Source: Candidatus Latescibacterota bacterium
GTDB taxonomy: Bacteria; Latescibacterota; UBA2968
Length of the DNA: 64,000 nt
NCBI GenBank assembly: GCA_965204745.1
Contig: OZ242010.1
Span: 1,280,001-1,344,000 of the forward strand
Reading direction: 5' to 3'
In this document: positions 38,756-48,523 of the stretch, one piece after another
How the letters are laid out: every line of letters begins with the position of its first letter
Numbering within the stretch: the first letter of the stretch is position 1
Made by a program: the position numbers and the translations under genes
Notes under the pieces: generated by a model
Database searches by the model: none
Seen by the model: the letters and a program-made list of their open reading frames with translations, nothing else
What the model was told of the DNA's origin: nothing

Positions 38756-39946
38756 TCATCGGGGGTCACTTTTCGCCCTCTCTTCCAACCACGCTTTCGT
38801 GACTTCGATGCCAAAGCCAGGCGCGTTGCTCGGGATGAGGTACCCGTCTTTAATTACGGGTGTGCCCGGCAGGGCGACGCGTTCTTCCAAAGGCACGCCG
38901 GGGGGTGACACGCCTTCGGACCGCTCGCCCCATTGGATCGCGGGCATGGCAAAGGAAAGGTGTTGTCCGTAGGGGTAATTCATGCCCGCGTGGCTGATGA
39001 CCGTCATCCCATGCGCTTCGGCGAGGTGGCAGATCCGCACCAACGCCGTGATGCCGCCTGCCCATTGGATATCGGGTTGCAAAATATCGACAAGCCCGTG
39101 GCGTGCGGCAGTGGCAAAGGGATGGATGGTGTACCAGTGTTCGCCCGTGGCGAGGATTTGTTCGGGCACGCGCTGGCGCACCTTCATGTAGCTCTCCATA
39201 TCCTCGGGCAACACGTAATCCTCGAGCCACTTGAGGCGATACGGTTTCAGGGCTTCCACGAGGCGCACGGTGTATTCCACATTGAGCGACATCCACGCAT
39301 CGAGCATGAGCTCGACATCATCGCCGATTTGAGCGCGCGTTTGGGCGACGAGGTCTTCGGTCTTGCGGATGCCCTCAATGCCGGATTCCGGGCCGTATCG
39401 CGCAAAGAGCTTCACGGCCTTGAACCCCAGTTCGAGAAACCAAGCGATGCTGTTCTCCGTGCCGTAGGAAAGGTCCGTGTTGCTGGCATAGCAAAAAATT
39501 TTGTCTTTTTGCGGCCCGCCTAAAAGCTCGTACACCGGACGCTGCAACAATTTGCCCTTCAAATCCCACAGCGCGTTATCCACCGCGCTGATCGCGTAAC
39601 TGGGCAACCCGGCCGTGTGATAGGGCGAGGACGCCCGGCGCATCATATCCCACAACTTTTCGGTTGCCATGCAATTTTGGCCTTGGAGCAAGGGGGCAAA
39701 GTGGTCGTTGATGATGCGGATCACCGGGCCGCTGTGGTTGGTCAGGCCAAGCCCCCAGGTGCCGTCTTGCGCGGTGACGACGCAAGCCGTGCGCGTCCAA
39801 CTTGGATTCCAGTCGGATCGTCTGTATTCGGGATACCGCGCCATCGGGCTGATGAAGCCATCGGTCCGTCGCTTGGGAACGCGGGCCCGTGTCCGCTGTA
39901 CAGGCGTGAGATCCACCGCCACAGCGCGAATGTCTTTGATGTTCAT
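38756..39946 (-). CDS. Enolase-superfamily acid-sugar dehydratase, L-rhamnonate dehydratase-like
   Basis: ISPMARYPEY, AISAVDNALWDL.GK, YGP.SG.EG, LMLDAWMSL, WLED, TGEH, QPD. Confidence 0.82.
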   Translation of the reverse strand: MNIKDIRAVAVDLTPVQRTRARVPKRRTDGFISPMARYPEYRRSDWNPSWTRTACVVTAQDGTWGLGLTNHSGPVIRIINDHFAPLLQGQNCMATEKLWDMMRRASSPYHTAGLPSYAISAVDNALWDLKGKLLQRPVYELLGGPQKDKIFCYASNTDLSYGTENSIAWFLELGFKAVKLFARYGPESGIEGIRKTEDLVAQTRAQIGDDVELMLDAWMSLNVEYTVRLVEALKPYRLKWLEDYVLPEDMESYMKVRQRVPEQILATGEHWYTIHPFATAARHGLVDILQPDIQWAGGITALVRICHLAEAHGMTVISHAGMNYPYGQHLSFAMPAIQWGERSEGVSPPGVPLEERVALPGTPVIKDGYLIPSNAPGFGIEVTKAWLEERAKSDPR

Positions 39947-40320
39947 GAGTGCTCCTTTGTTGATGAACCTCTCCCCAAGGCGGGAAGACCTGCTCCCACC
40001 TTTCTCGCAGGCATAAGCAAAGCCTTGGGGTTGGGCAGTTGGGTGGCCCTCTCCCGTCTCTTAAGCAATCAGCAAAACAATCGGTCAGCACATACATTGC
40101 CTTGGGGCGGAAGGGTGGGGACTGACCACTGACCACTGACTACTGACCACTGCACCTTGTATCTTCGGGCGAGCACGGGGCATCGCCCCTACACACACCG
40201 CTCGTGCCTTTGAACGGGCTATCGCCAGTTGTACCCCTTTTGTGCCTTTGAACGGGCTATCGCCAGTTGTACCCCGCTCGTGCCTTTTGTGGCTAAAATC
40301 CCGTCTCCCCTTTTTATTTT

Positions 40321-41973
40321 TCAAAACGCAACCGCGTACCCATCGTGGCGAGGGTCCGAGCCGGCCATGAGGCTGCCGGTTGCGGGGTCAATTTGAATGG
40401 CTTGTGCGTTGCCGGTCGCGCCCCACAATGGGAGGCTACGCACGTCGTGACCCTTCTTCTCGAGGTCCATGTGCAGAAAGGTGTCGAAACGGGCTTCGAG
40501 TTGCAACACGTCTTCGCATGTGTGGGGCACGGTGGATTCCATCGGGTTTTGCAGGGAACGCCAGCGCGGGGCTTCGACCGCTTCTTGCGGGGTCAGGCCA
40601 AAGTCCAGAATGTGCGTCACCAGTTGCAAATTGGTCTGAACCTGCGTGTCTGCGCCCGGGGTGCCGCAGATCAGAACGGGCTTGTCGTCTTTGGTGACGA
40701 TCACCGGGTTCATCGTGTGGCGCACCCGTTTGCCGGGCATGAGGCAGTTGGGATGATCGGCGTCCAAGTGCCAGTAGGTCATGCGGTTGTTGAGCAAGAT
40801 GCCGGTCTCGCCTGCGATCAGGCTCGATCCCCAGCCGGATTGAATGCTCTGAAGTTGACACACGGCATTGCCCGCCTTGTCGGCCACGCAAAAACAAGTG
40901 GTGTCTTCCACGGCTTCTGGGATGCCGGGAGGGACATGCACAGATGCACGGTCGGGATCGATCAGGGCGGCGCGTTCTTTGGCATATACTTTGGACAGCA
41001 GGGCATCGATGGGTATGTCTATCCAGTCCGGATCGGCCACGTACTTTTCCCGATCCGCAAATGCGAGTTTCTTGGCCTCGACCATCAGGTGGATCCGCTC
41101 TGCTTTGCTCATGGCGTGCAGGTCGAAATTTTCCACGATGTTGAGTTCTTGCAACAAGATGTGGCCGCTCGAGTTGGGCGGCGTCTCATAGACCGTGTGG
41201 CCTTTGTACGTCACGGCAATGGGATCCGCGATGTGGGCGCGGTGGTTTTTCATGTCGGCTTCTGTGAGCAAGCCCCCGCGCGATTGGCTGAACGCGACCA
41301 TGGCTTTGGCGATTTCCCCTTCGTAAAACGCATCCCGGCCCTGCGCGGCGAGGGTTCGCAAGGTTTTGCCCAAGTCTTTTTGATAGACGATGTCCCCAGG
41401 CGCGAGGGGTTGACCGTCATCGGTGAACACGGCCCGCGTGTGCGGGTCGGACGCAAAGCGTTTGGTCTGTGCTTTTAAGGAGCCGGCCAATTTGTGGCTG
41501 AGGGGAAAGCCGTCTTCGCACAGGCCAATGGCCGGGGCAAAGACCTCGTGGAGGGGGCGCGTGCCAAAGCGTTCGTGGGCGACGAGCCAGCCATCGACCA
41601 AGCCGGGGATGGACGCGCTGAGGATGCCTTTCATCGGGATGCCATCGCGCTTGAGATAAAATTCCCGGGTGGCGCCGGTGGGCGCCGCGCCCGTGGCATT
41701 GACGGCATAGACGTCGCGGGTTTTGGCGTCGTAGATCAGGATGAAGCCATCCCCGCCCACGCCAGAGGACTGCGGTTCGACCACGCCCAGGGCCGCGGCT
41801 GTGGCGATGGCCGCGTCAATGGCATTGCCTCCGGCCATCATGATTTGCAGGCCCGCTTGCGACGCGAGGTAATGGCCCGATGCCACCGCGCCATTTCTGC
41901 CCCTGACGGACGGCCTGTAAGCTTTTTGCGAGATTTCGTGTGGGGAATATGGCGAAGGAGGTTGAGAATACAT
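40321..41973 (-). CDS. ggt: Gamma-glutamyltransferase-family protein
   Basis: GGNAIDAA, SSGVGGDGF, PPNSSG, DTT nucleophile, GTPG, GSDPR.DG; GAGGAG RBS. Confidence 0.9.
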   Translation of the reverse strand: MYSQPPSPYSPHEISQKAYRPSVRGRNGAVASGHYLASQAGLQIMMAGGNAIDAAIATAAALGVVEPQSSGVGGDGFILIYDAKTRDVYAVNATGAAPTGATREFYLKRDGIPMKGILSASIPGLVDGWLVAHERFGTRPLHEVFAPAIGLCEDGFPLSHKLAGSLKAQTKRFASDPHTRAVFTDDGQPLAPGDIVYQKDLGKTLRTLAAQGRDAFYEGEIAKAMVAFSQSRGGLLTEADMKNHRAHIADPIAVTYKGHTVYETPPNSSGHILLQELNIVENFDLHAMSKAERIHLMVEAKKLAFADREKYVADPDWIDIPIDALLSKVYAKERAALIDPDRASVHVPPGIPEAVEDTTCFCVADKAGNAVCQLQSIQSGWGSSLIAGETGILLNNRMTYWHLDADHPNCLMPGKRVRHTMNPVIVTKDDKPVLICGTPGADTQVQTNLQLVTHILDFGLTPQEAVEAPRWRSLQNPMESTVPHTCEDVLQLEARFDTFLHMDLEKKGHDVRSLPLWGATGNAQAIQIDPATGSLMAGSDPRHDGYAVAF

Positions 41974-42106
41974 GGTGTGCTCCTCGTGGTGATGAGTATG
42001 AAACGGGTGAACAGCCGGATTAGCCACAAGAAGCACAGAAACACACGGGAAAGTCGTAGGTACCCTGCTCGGTGCCTTTGTGGCGATAACGGGTTTAAGA
42101 TACGGC

Positions 42107-42135
42107 TTGACAAAATTTCGCGCACGCCCTAATTT
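42107..42135 (+). promoter_or_regulatory. Sigma70-like promoter of the response regulator
   Basis: TTGACA-N17-TAATTT. Confidence 0.5.
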
Positions 42136-42173
42136 GCGAACCAAAATCACATCAATCCCTCCCTTCCCTTCCC

Positions 42174-42845
42174 ATGGCAACGATTCTCCTTTTCGCGGAC
42201 GAAGCCCACGGCGCGCGTCTCAAATCTGACCTCGAGTACATCGGGCATCAGGTCGACCACCTGATCATGCGCGGGCAGAGTAACTTGCCTTCTGTTTCCG
42301 CCAATGGGATTGACCTGACGATCATCGACCCGGAATCCTCGCTCGACCGCCTCGCCCACGCCATCTCGCACCTGCAAAAACACCACTCTGCCAACGCCTG
42401 TCCCTTGCTCGTGGTCACGGACGAAATGACCGCGCTCAACTTGGATTTTTCGGTCGGGATTTCGGATTTTGTCATCAAGCCGTATAGCATGCGCGAATTT
42501 GAAGCGCGCTTGCGCTTGGCCCTTTGGAACGACGACCGCCCCGCGGACAACCAAACGGTAAAAGTCGATGATCTCGTCATCAATATGGCGCGGTATGAAG
42601 TGCGCGTCAAGGGCAGCGTGGTCGAACTCACCCTCAAGGAATACGAACTTCTCAAGCACCTCGCAACGCACGAGGCCCGCGTGTTCACCCGCTCGGACTT
42701 GCTCGACAGCATCTGGGGCTACGACTATTACGGCGGCATGCGGACCGTGGATGTCCACATTCGCCGGTTGCGCTCCAAACTCGGGGAATCGGGCAAAGCC
42801 ATCACCACCGTGCGCGGCGTGGGCTACAAATTCGATCCGCCGTGA
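42174..42845 (+). CDS. Orphan OmpR/PhoB-family response regulator, GlnR-like
   Basis: wHTH LTLKEYELL..RVFTR..LL..IWGYDYYGG.RTVDVHIRRLR.KLG; degenerate receiver domain. Confidence 0.88.
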   Translation: MATILLFADEAHGARLKSDLEYIGHQVDHLIMRGQSNLPSVSANGIDLTIIDPESSLDRLAHAISHLQKHHSANACPLLVVTDEMTALNLDFSVGISDFVIKPYSMREFEARLRLALWNDDRPADNQTVKVDDLVINMARYEVRVKGSVVELTLKEYELLKHLATHEARVFTRSDLLDSIWGYDYYGGMRTVDVHIRRLRSKLGESGKAITTVRGVGYKFDPP

Positions 42846-42934
42846 TGTGCAGCTCGCCCACCAGCACGACAAAGCCCCCAAGAGTGCATGGCTCTTGGGG
42901 GTCAGTTTTTGGGGGTCAGTTTGGTATTGTACTA

Positions 42935-43103
42935 GGTCGTGTTGACATTTTATTTTTTGCGCTGAAAGTGGTAGCAAAACAGAGAAATCCGAAGAATCGA
43001 CCTGTCCCAATTTCTTAAACCGAGAGCATATCCTGCGATAGGGCTTGATTTTCCCGATAAACCGCTCAATTCAGTTGCAGTGCTCGTAAATGTCAACACG
43101 ACC
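42935..43103 (-). mobile_element. 169-bp MITE derived from an IS5 (IS427-like) element, TA duplication
   Basis: TIR GGTCGTGTTGACATTT at both ends, each flanked by TA; minus strand encodes IERFIGKIKPYRRICSRFKKL (IS5 transposase C-terminus). Confidence 0.85.
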
Positions 43104-43119
43104 TACTGACCACCTTTGC

Positions 43120-44394
43120 CTATAAAGCACTGTGCCATGCATTGAGGCGGGTGAGGAGGGCGTTGGTCAACTCGGGTTCGTCGCCTGCGATGTTGGTGGT
43201 TTCGTTGGGGTCCGCATCGAGATTGGAGAGGTGAATTTCGTTTTTGTCGAGCAGGAGTTTGTAGCGGTTGTGCTGAATGGCGCGGGTTTCGCCTCGTTGT
43301 CCGCGCGTCCAAAAAAGGTCGGCGTCGGCGTGCGGCGAGGGCGCGTCGTCAGCGATCATGGGCAGAATGTCCGTGCCGTCGAGGCGATAGGTTGCCGGGT
43401 CCCCACCTGCGGCGGTGAGGATGGTGGGGAAGATGTCCATGCCAATGCCGACTTCGTCGATGGTCTTGCCACCTTGAACGCGGGCGGGCCAACTCATCAG
43501 GGTGGGAACGCGGATGCCGCCTTCCCAAAGCGTGCCTTTGTGCCCGCGCAGGCCGCCTGTGTCGCCGCCGGGAAAGGGGAGATCGGTGCCGTCTGTCCAG
43601 TTGCGCGGTTCGCGTGAAGGGCCGTGGTCGGGTTGAAAAAAGATGCAGGTGTTGTCGAAGAGGGCTAAGCGTTCGAGTTCGTCGAGGATTTTGCCGATGG
43701 CGTCGTCCATCACCGCGAGCATGGCGGCCATGAGTTGCCGCGAGCGCGACAAGTGGGCAAAGCGTTCCATGTACGCTTCGGGCGCGTGCATGGGATAGTG
43801 GGGCGTATTAAAGGGGATGTACATGAAAAACGGACGGCCATCGCGGTTGGCTTTCCGAATGTATTCAATGGCTTTGTCGCGCATGAGATCGACGAAATAC
43901 TCGCCGTTGCGATACGCTTCCCGGCCATTTTCCCAAAGGTCGTGACGCGCTTGTCGCCCCGAGCTCAGTGCCCAATAGAACGTGTGGGAATAGTAGTCGA
44001 TACACCCGTTTGTGAACCCAAACCAATGGTCAAAGCCGTGGTTGTGCGGCAAAAAAGGCTCGCGGTTGCCCAAGTGCCATTTGCCCGACATGTAGGTCTG
44101 ATAGCCCAATTTTTTGAGCGCGCTGGGAATGGTGGGCAAATCCGGCGACAGGCCATCGGCATCGATGCCCACGTTGCCGGGAATGCCCGCGGCAATGGGA
44201 TAACGCCCGGTGAGAATGCCGCATCGCCCGGCCGAGCAGATCGGCGCGTTGGAATACCAGCGGGTGAGTTTGACGCCCCGCGTAGCGATGCGGTCAAAAT
44301 GGGGCGTTTGAAAATCGGTGGCCCCCATGCATGAGAGATCGCGGTGCCCGTGGTCGTCACTCATAAAGACGATGAAGTTGGGTTTGTCGGACAT
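43120..44394 (-). CDS. Arylsulfatase A-like sulfatase
   Basis: MSDDHG, CSAGRCGILTG, GKWHLG, PHYP, DHG, KGTLWEGGIRVP. Confidence 0.88.
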   Translation of the reverse strand: MSDKPNFIVFMSDDHGHRDLSCMGATDFQTPHFDRIATRGVKLTRWYSNAPICSAGRCGILTGRYPIAAGIPGNVGIDADGLSPDLPTIPSALKKLGYQTYMSGKWHLGNREPFLPHNHGFDHWFGFTNGCIDYYSHTFYWALSSGRQARHDLWENGREAYRNGEYFVDLMRDKAIEYIRKANRDGRPFFMYIPFNTPHYPMHAPEAYMERFAHLSRSRQLMAAMLAVMDDAIGKILDELERLALFDNTCIFFQPDHGPSREPRNWTDGTDLPFPGGDTGGLRGHKGTLWEGGIRVPTLMSWPARVQGGKTIDEVGIGMDIFPTILTAAGGDPATYRLDGTDILPMIADDAPSPHADADLFWTRGQRGETRAIQHNRYKLLLDKNEIHLSNLDADPNETTNIAGDEPELTNALLTRLNAWHSAL

Positions 44395-44433
44395 GGGCGT
44401 TCCTTTCTTCTGGCGAGTACTGACCACTGACTA

Positions 44434-45020
44434 GGTCGTGTTGACATTTTATTTTTTGACCTGACATTACGCACAGATTAGCAACTGTGTTGCTTGCTGC
44501 TTTAAGGCGTTTGGTCCTACAGCCTCGTTGGTTGCCTCCGATGCCTTCGGCGACCTACTTTTTTCAACAGCAAAAAAAAGTAGGCGAGCGGGGTACAACT
44601 GCCCCAGCAGTTCAAAAATGCCGCTCTCAAACGCCGAGAGGCTTGCACAGCGCAAAGCGCTTTTGTAACAGCACGACATGCGTCAGCCTGCAAAGTGGGT
44701 TGCAACATGGATGTTGGTTGCGAGACGGACTTGCGCGCTGTGCGTGATGGCTTTATCCGAGGGGGTTTTGCGAGGGCATAAAGCGATTAAATATCCCCCA
44801 TCAATCCCCTCGCAAAACCGCTCACAGTTCCCCCTTCCTCACAGGAAGAGTTCTGGTTGCTCTGATGGCGTTTTGCGAGGGCATAAAGCGATTAAATATC
44901 CCCCATCAATCCCCTCGCAAAACCGCTCACAGTTCCCCCCTTCCTCGCAGGAAGGGGGGTTAGGGGGGTAGGTCCCGATAAGAAGCGACTGTTCTAGTTT
45001 CTCAAAATGTCAACACAACC
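44434..45020 (-). mobile_element. 587-bp MITE of the same IS427-like family carrying nested palindromic repeats
   Basis: TIR GGTCGTGTTGACATTTT / AAAATGTCAACACAACC flanked by TA; internal tandem duplication ~44766-44840 / ~44870-44945. Confidence 0.8.
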
Positions 45021-45045
45021 TACTGCACTTGGTGGTTGAGGCCAT

Positions 45046-45453
45046 CTATTCATCTGCGGTTGCTTCCAAATCGAGCGCGACGGAGTTGATGCAATAGCGC
45101 AGGCCCGTAGGAGCCGGGCCGTCGTCGAAGATGTGCCCCAAGTGGGCGTCGCAACGGGCGCAGGTGACTTCAATGCGGCGCATGCCAAAACTCAGGTCTT
45201 CGTGCTGGTTGATGCGAGTGGGGTCAATGGCGTCAAAGAAGCTGGGCCAGCCGCAGTGCGAGTCGAATTTTTGGTCCGAGCGAAAGAGTTCCGCCTGGCA
45301 ACACACGCAGCGGTACACGCCTTTGTCTCGGCAGTCCCAATACATGCCGGTGAAGGCGCGTTCCGTGCCCTTTTGACGGCAGACATAGTACTGTTCGGGC
45401 GTGAGTTGGGCGCGCCATTCCGCGTCTGCTTTGGTGATTTTTTCGTCTGACAT
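45046..45453 (-). CDS. msrB: Peptide methionine-R-sulfoxide reductase
   Basis: [39 protein letters not shown]. Confidence 0.96.
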   Translation of the reverse strand: MSDEKITKADAEWRAQLTPEQYYVCRQKGTERAFTGMYWDCRDKGVYRCVCCQAELFRSDQKFDSHCGWPSFFDAIDPTRINQHEDLSFGMRRIEVTCARCDAHLGHIFDDGPAPTGLRYCINSVALDLEATADE

Positions 45454-45575
45454 GGTCATCCTTTCGTTTCGCGTTGCGAGAACATTTTGTTGCTGGAGTG
45501 CGATGGGGCCGGGCGCGTGAATGTGGGTTTGACATAGCGGTTGTGCGCCGGGTCTTGAACGACAGGTCTGGATGT

Positions 45576-46232
45576 TCAATTTTCATCTAAAATCGGATAC
45601 CCTGTCAACTGCGTCGCCTCAATCCATCCTTCGAGACGTGCGGTTTTGACTTTTTTTACCCATAGATACCGGGGTTCCGATAAAAAATCAAAGCAATCTT
45701 GGGAGAGTACGGCAAAGTGTTTGCCCAACTTGATCAAGTGGTACCCTTCCCCTAAATAGCGATAGAGGAGAGCCTCGGTTCCAACTTTCAAACTATCGCG
45801 TGCGTCGGCATCGAGCTTCTCTATCATTTTCAGCGTCCTCGCATCAGACAGGTCAAATTTTCGATGATAATATTCCCAGACACGCACCAATTCTCCTGTT
45901 TTGTTAAACAAATAAAAATCGAGATCTTGTGGTGGCTTTTTGACTTTTAGGCGTCCAAAGTTGTAGAGCATCAAAACAGAATCGAGAACCTCAATATCAT
46001 CGGTGGCATAAACAGTCCCAACCTCACTTTTTAGGCAAGAATCTCGATAAGCAGACACCGAATCAGTTTTGATGGCCAGGCGCCATTTTCCGCTTGTGGA
46101 GACGATCTCAACCTCCCGCTCAATGAGAATGACCTTATCTTCAGAACTTGATACACAGCCAAAAAAAATCAGAAAAAAACAAACAAAATTTCGCAGGAGC
46201 AGTGTCGATTTCACGGGCACAAAATATTTCAT
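45576..46232 (-). CDS. Hypothetical lipoprotein, AT-rich
   Basis: Hydrophobic stretch ending FFGC; visibly lower GC than neighbours. Confidence 0.6.
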   Translation of the reverse strand: MKYFVPVKSTLLLRNFVCFFLIFFGCVSSSEDKVILIEREVEIVSTSGKWRLAIKTDSVSAYRDSCLKSEVGTVYATDDIEVLDSVLMLYNFGRLKVKKPPQDLDFYLFNKTGELVRVWEYYHRKFDLSDARTLKMIEKLDADARDSLKVGTEALLYRYLGEGYHLIKLGKHFAVLSQDCFDFLSEPRYLWVKKVKTARLEGWIEATQLTGYPILDEN

Positions 46233-46546
46233 GTCTATTTCCCTTTCGTTCGCAAAAGAGCGGGATAGCCAAAACGACTGAGCGACACCGCGTCGCGGTC
46301 AACCGTTGATTATGGACTCAAAAACCCATCATTATACCAATTTGATTTTTAGTTGTCCTAATTTTTAGTACACGACAAAAGCGCGCACAGGCGTAGCTTA
46401 CAACATAGCGTAGGGACAGGCCCCGTGCCTGTCCGAAGCAGGGACTCGTTGAAGTGTCCTACGTATATAGGACAACAACAATTCAATTTGGTATTATATT
46501 GTCGCATCTTGCCTCACATCGTCCCGATTACCGGCACCTTTATCCC

Positions 46547-48523
46547 ATGGCACTTTCGCAATCACAATCCGAACCCGTGCGTCCTCGACGCATTACTGTC
46601 CGATCCGTTCTCCTCGGCGCGGGGACCGCTGCATGGCTCAATATTTACAGCGACTACACGGGCATGATACTGGGTTCTGCCTCGCTGGTCAAATCGCAGT
46701 TGTCCATGGCCATGCTCTTGCCCTTTGTCGCGTGGTTGGCGGTCAACCTCGTGCTCAAGCTCGCCTGGCCGCGCATGGCCTTGTCCAGCGCAGAGTTGTT
46801 GGTCATTTACAGCATGTCGTGGATCGTGGGCACGGTCTCGGCGAGTGGGTGGACGACTTACTGGGGCGGCGTTGTCAGCACCCCGTTTTACTACGCGTCG
46901 CCGGAAAACCGATGGGAAGAAATCCTCTTTGATATTTTGCCCTGGTGGTGTTTGCCCCAGGCGACGCCCGAGATTATTCGCACGTACTACGAGGGCCTGC
47001 CCGATGGCGCGGGCATTCCTTGGCGCGGATGGCTGGCGTCTTTGCACTGGTGGTTTGCGGTGTCCATTGCCTTGGTGGTCGCGGGATTGTGCCTCGCGGT
47101 CATTTTTCAAAAACAATGGGAGGAAAACGAGCGGCTGACCTTTCCGCTCGCCGCGTTTCCCATCGCGCTGACCGAGGGCTTTGACGAACCCGGCCGCGTC
47201 CTGCCCGGGATTTTTTGCAACAAGCTCTTTTGGGCGGGCTTCTGCATCGTGTTCGGGGTGTTTGCGTGGAACATTCTCGGGTATTTCGCCATCAGCTTGC
47301 CGCGCATCGGCATTTACGACGGGTATCTGACCAAAGAAGTGCCTATCGCGCGCGACTTTCCATCGTTCTACTTGCGTATCTTGCCGCCCGTCGTGGGCTT
47401 GACCTACTTGTGCAATCTCGACATTCTCTTCAGTTTCTGGGCGTTTCGCCTCATCGCCATTGTCAAAGAAGGGGCGATGTCCCGCACGGGCTTTCACGTC
47501 GGGCTTTCCGGGCAACAGGCCGAGGCGGGTGAAATCCTCATTTTGGAATCCCACGGCGCGTTTCTCTTTCTCGCACTGTGGGCGATTTGGGTCGCGCGCG
47601 GGCATTTGCGGCATGTGCTCCGCGTCGCCATCACGGGCCGCGGGGATGACGGCCTCATCGCCTATCGCTTTGCCGCGCTCGGCTTTCTCGCGGCAACCCT
47701 CTTTGTTTGGGGCTGGTTCGTCGCCGTGGGCCTGTCGCCGGTTCTCGCGATCTTCCACTTGTTTTTGCTCTACGCCGCCTATTTCACCATTGCCAAATAC
47801 ACCGCGGCCAGCGGCTTTTCCTATCTTTTTCCGGTGGGCGGCAAAGGAGGCCAGATCGTGGAAATTTTTACGGGAACGGCAACGCTGACACAAAAAAACG
47901 CGGTTGCACTGGGCGTTATCAATTCCAGCGCGTTTTTTGGCAATTCGCGCATTCCCGCGTGGCCCGCCTTGCCCCATCATCTCAAACTCTTGGGCGATGA
48001 CTTTCGCCGCCGCTGGGTTTTCTGGATCGTCCTTCTGGCCTTTGCCGCGGGGTTCTTCGGCTCGTGCCTGTTCATTATCCAGTTGGGCTATCATTACGCG
48101 GGCCAAAACCTCGGCTTGTCGGGTTTTAGCGGCGCGAATATCCGCACGTACGACCGCATGGTTTCCGCCATTGTGGGCGCGGACAAAACGGTTTTTGACC
48201 CCGGCAAAATCGCGGTCTGGGTTTTTGGGCTCGCGCAAGCCGGCCTGCTGATGCTCCTCCGCAATCGCGTTCCGTGGTGGCCCCTGCACCCGCTCGGCTT
48301 GGCATTTCAGCGCATGCAAGGCTCTCGCATCTATGCGTTCAGCATTTTTCTCACCTGGGCGTCCAAACTCGTTATTTTGCGAATGGGCGGCATCGCGCTC
48401 TACCGGCGGTGCGTCCCGTTGTTCTTTGGCTTGGTGATCGGCTACGTGGTCGGCGTGGGCGTTTCCTCGCTCGTCGATTTTACCTTTTTCCCGGAAGAGG
48501 GCCATTCCGTTCACGGGTGGTAA
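46547..48523 (+). CDS. Polytopic membrane protein, DUF6785/DUF6784-like putative transporter
   Basis: YYASPENRW, KQWEENERLTFPL, WWPLHPLG, PLFFGLVIG; many TM helices. Confidence 0.75.
   Translation: MALSQSQSEPVRPRRITVRSVLLGAGTAAWLNIYSDYTGMILGSASLVKSQLSMAMLLPFVAWLAVNLVLKLAWPRMALSSAELLVIYSMSWIVGTVSASGWTTYWGGVVSTPFYYASPENRWEEILFDILPWWCLPQATPEIIRTYYEGLPDGAGIPWRGWLASLHWWFAVSIALVVAGLCLAVIFQKQWEENERLTFPLAAFPIALTEGFDEPGRVLPGIFCNKLFWAGFCIVFGVFAWNILGYFAISLPRIGIYDGYLTKEVPIARDFPSFYLRILPPVVGLTYLCNLDILFSFWAFRLIAIVKEGAMSRTGFHVGLSGQQAEAGEILILESHGAFLFLALWAIWVARGHLRHVLRVAITGRGDDGLIAYRFAALGFLAATLFVWGWFVAVGLSPVLAIFHLFLLYAAYFTIAKYTAASGFSYLFPVGGKGGQIVEIFTGTATLTQKNAVALGVINSSAFFGNSRIPAWPALPHHLKLLGDDFRRRWVFWIVLLAFAAGFFGSCLFIIQLGYHYAGQNLGLSGFSGANIRTYDRMVSAIVGADKTVFDPGKIAVWVFGLAQAGLLMLLRNRVPWWPLHPLGLAFQRMQGSRIYAFSIFLTWASKLVILRMGGIALYRRCVPLFFGLVIGYVVGVGVSSLVDFTFFPEEGHSVHGW

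Noticed and set aside
48480-48523. 44-bp convergent overlap of rnd and the membrane-protein gene as antisense control
   Set aside because: Short tail overlaps are common; no further support.
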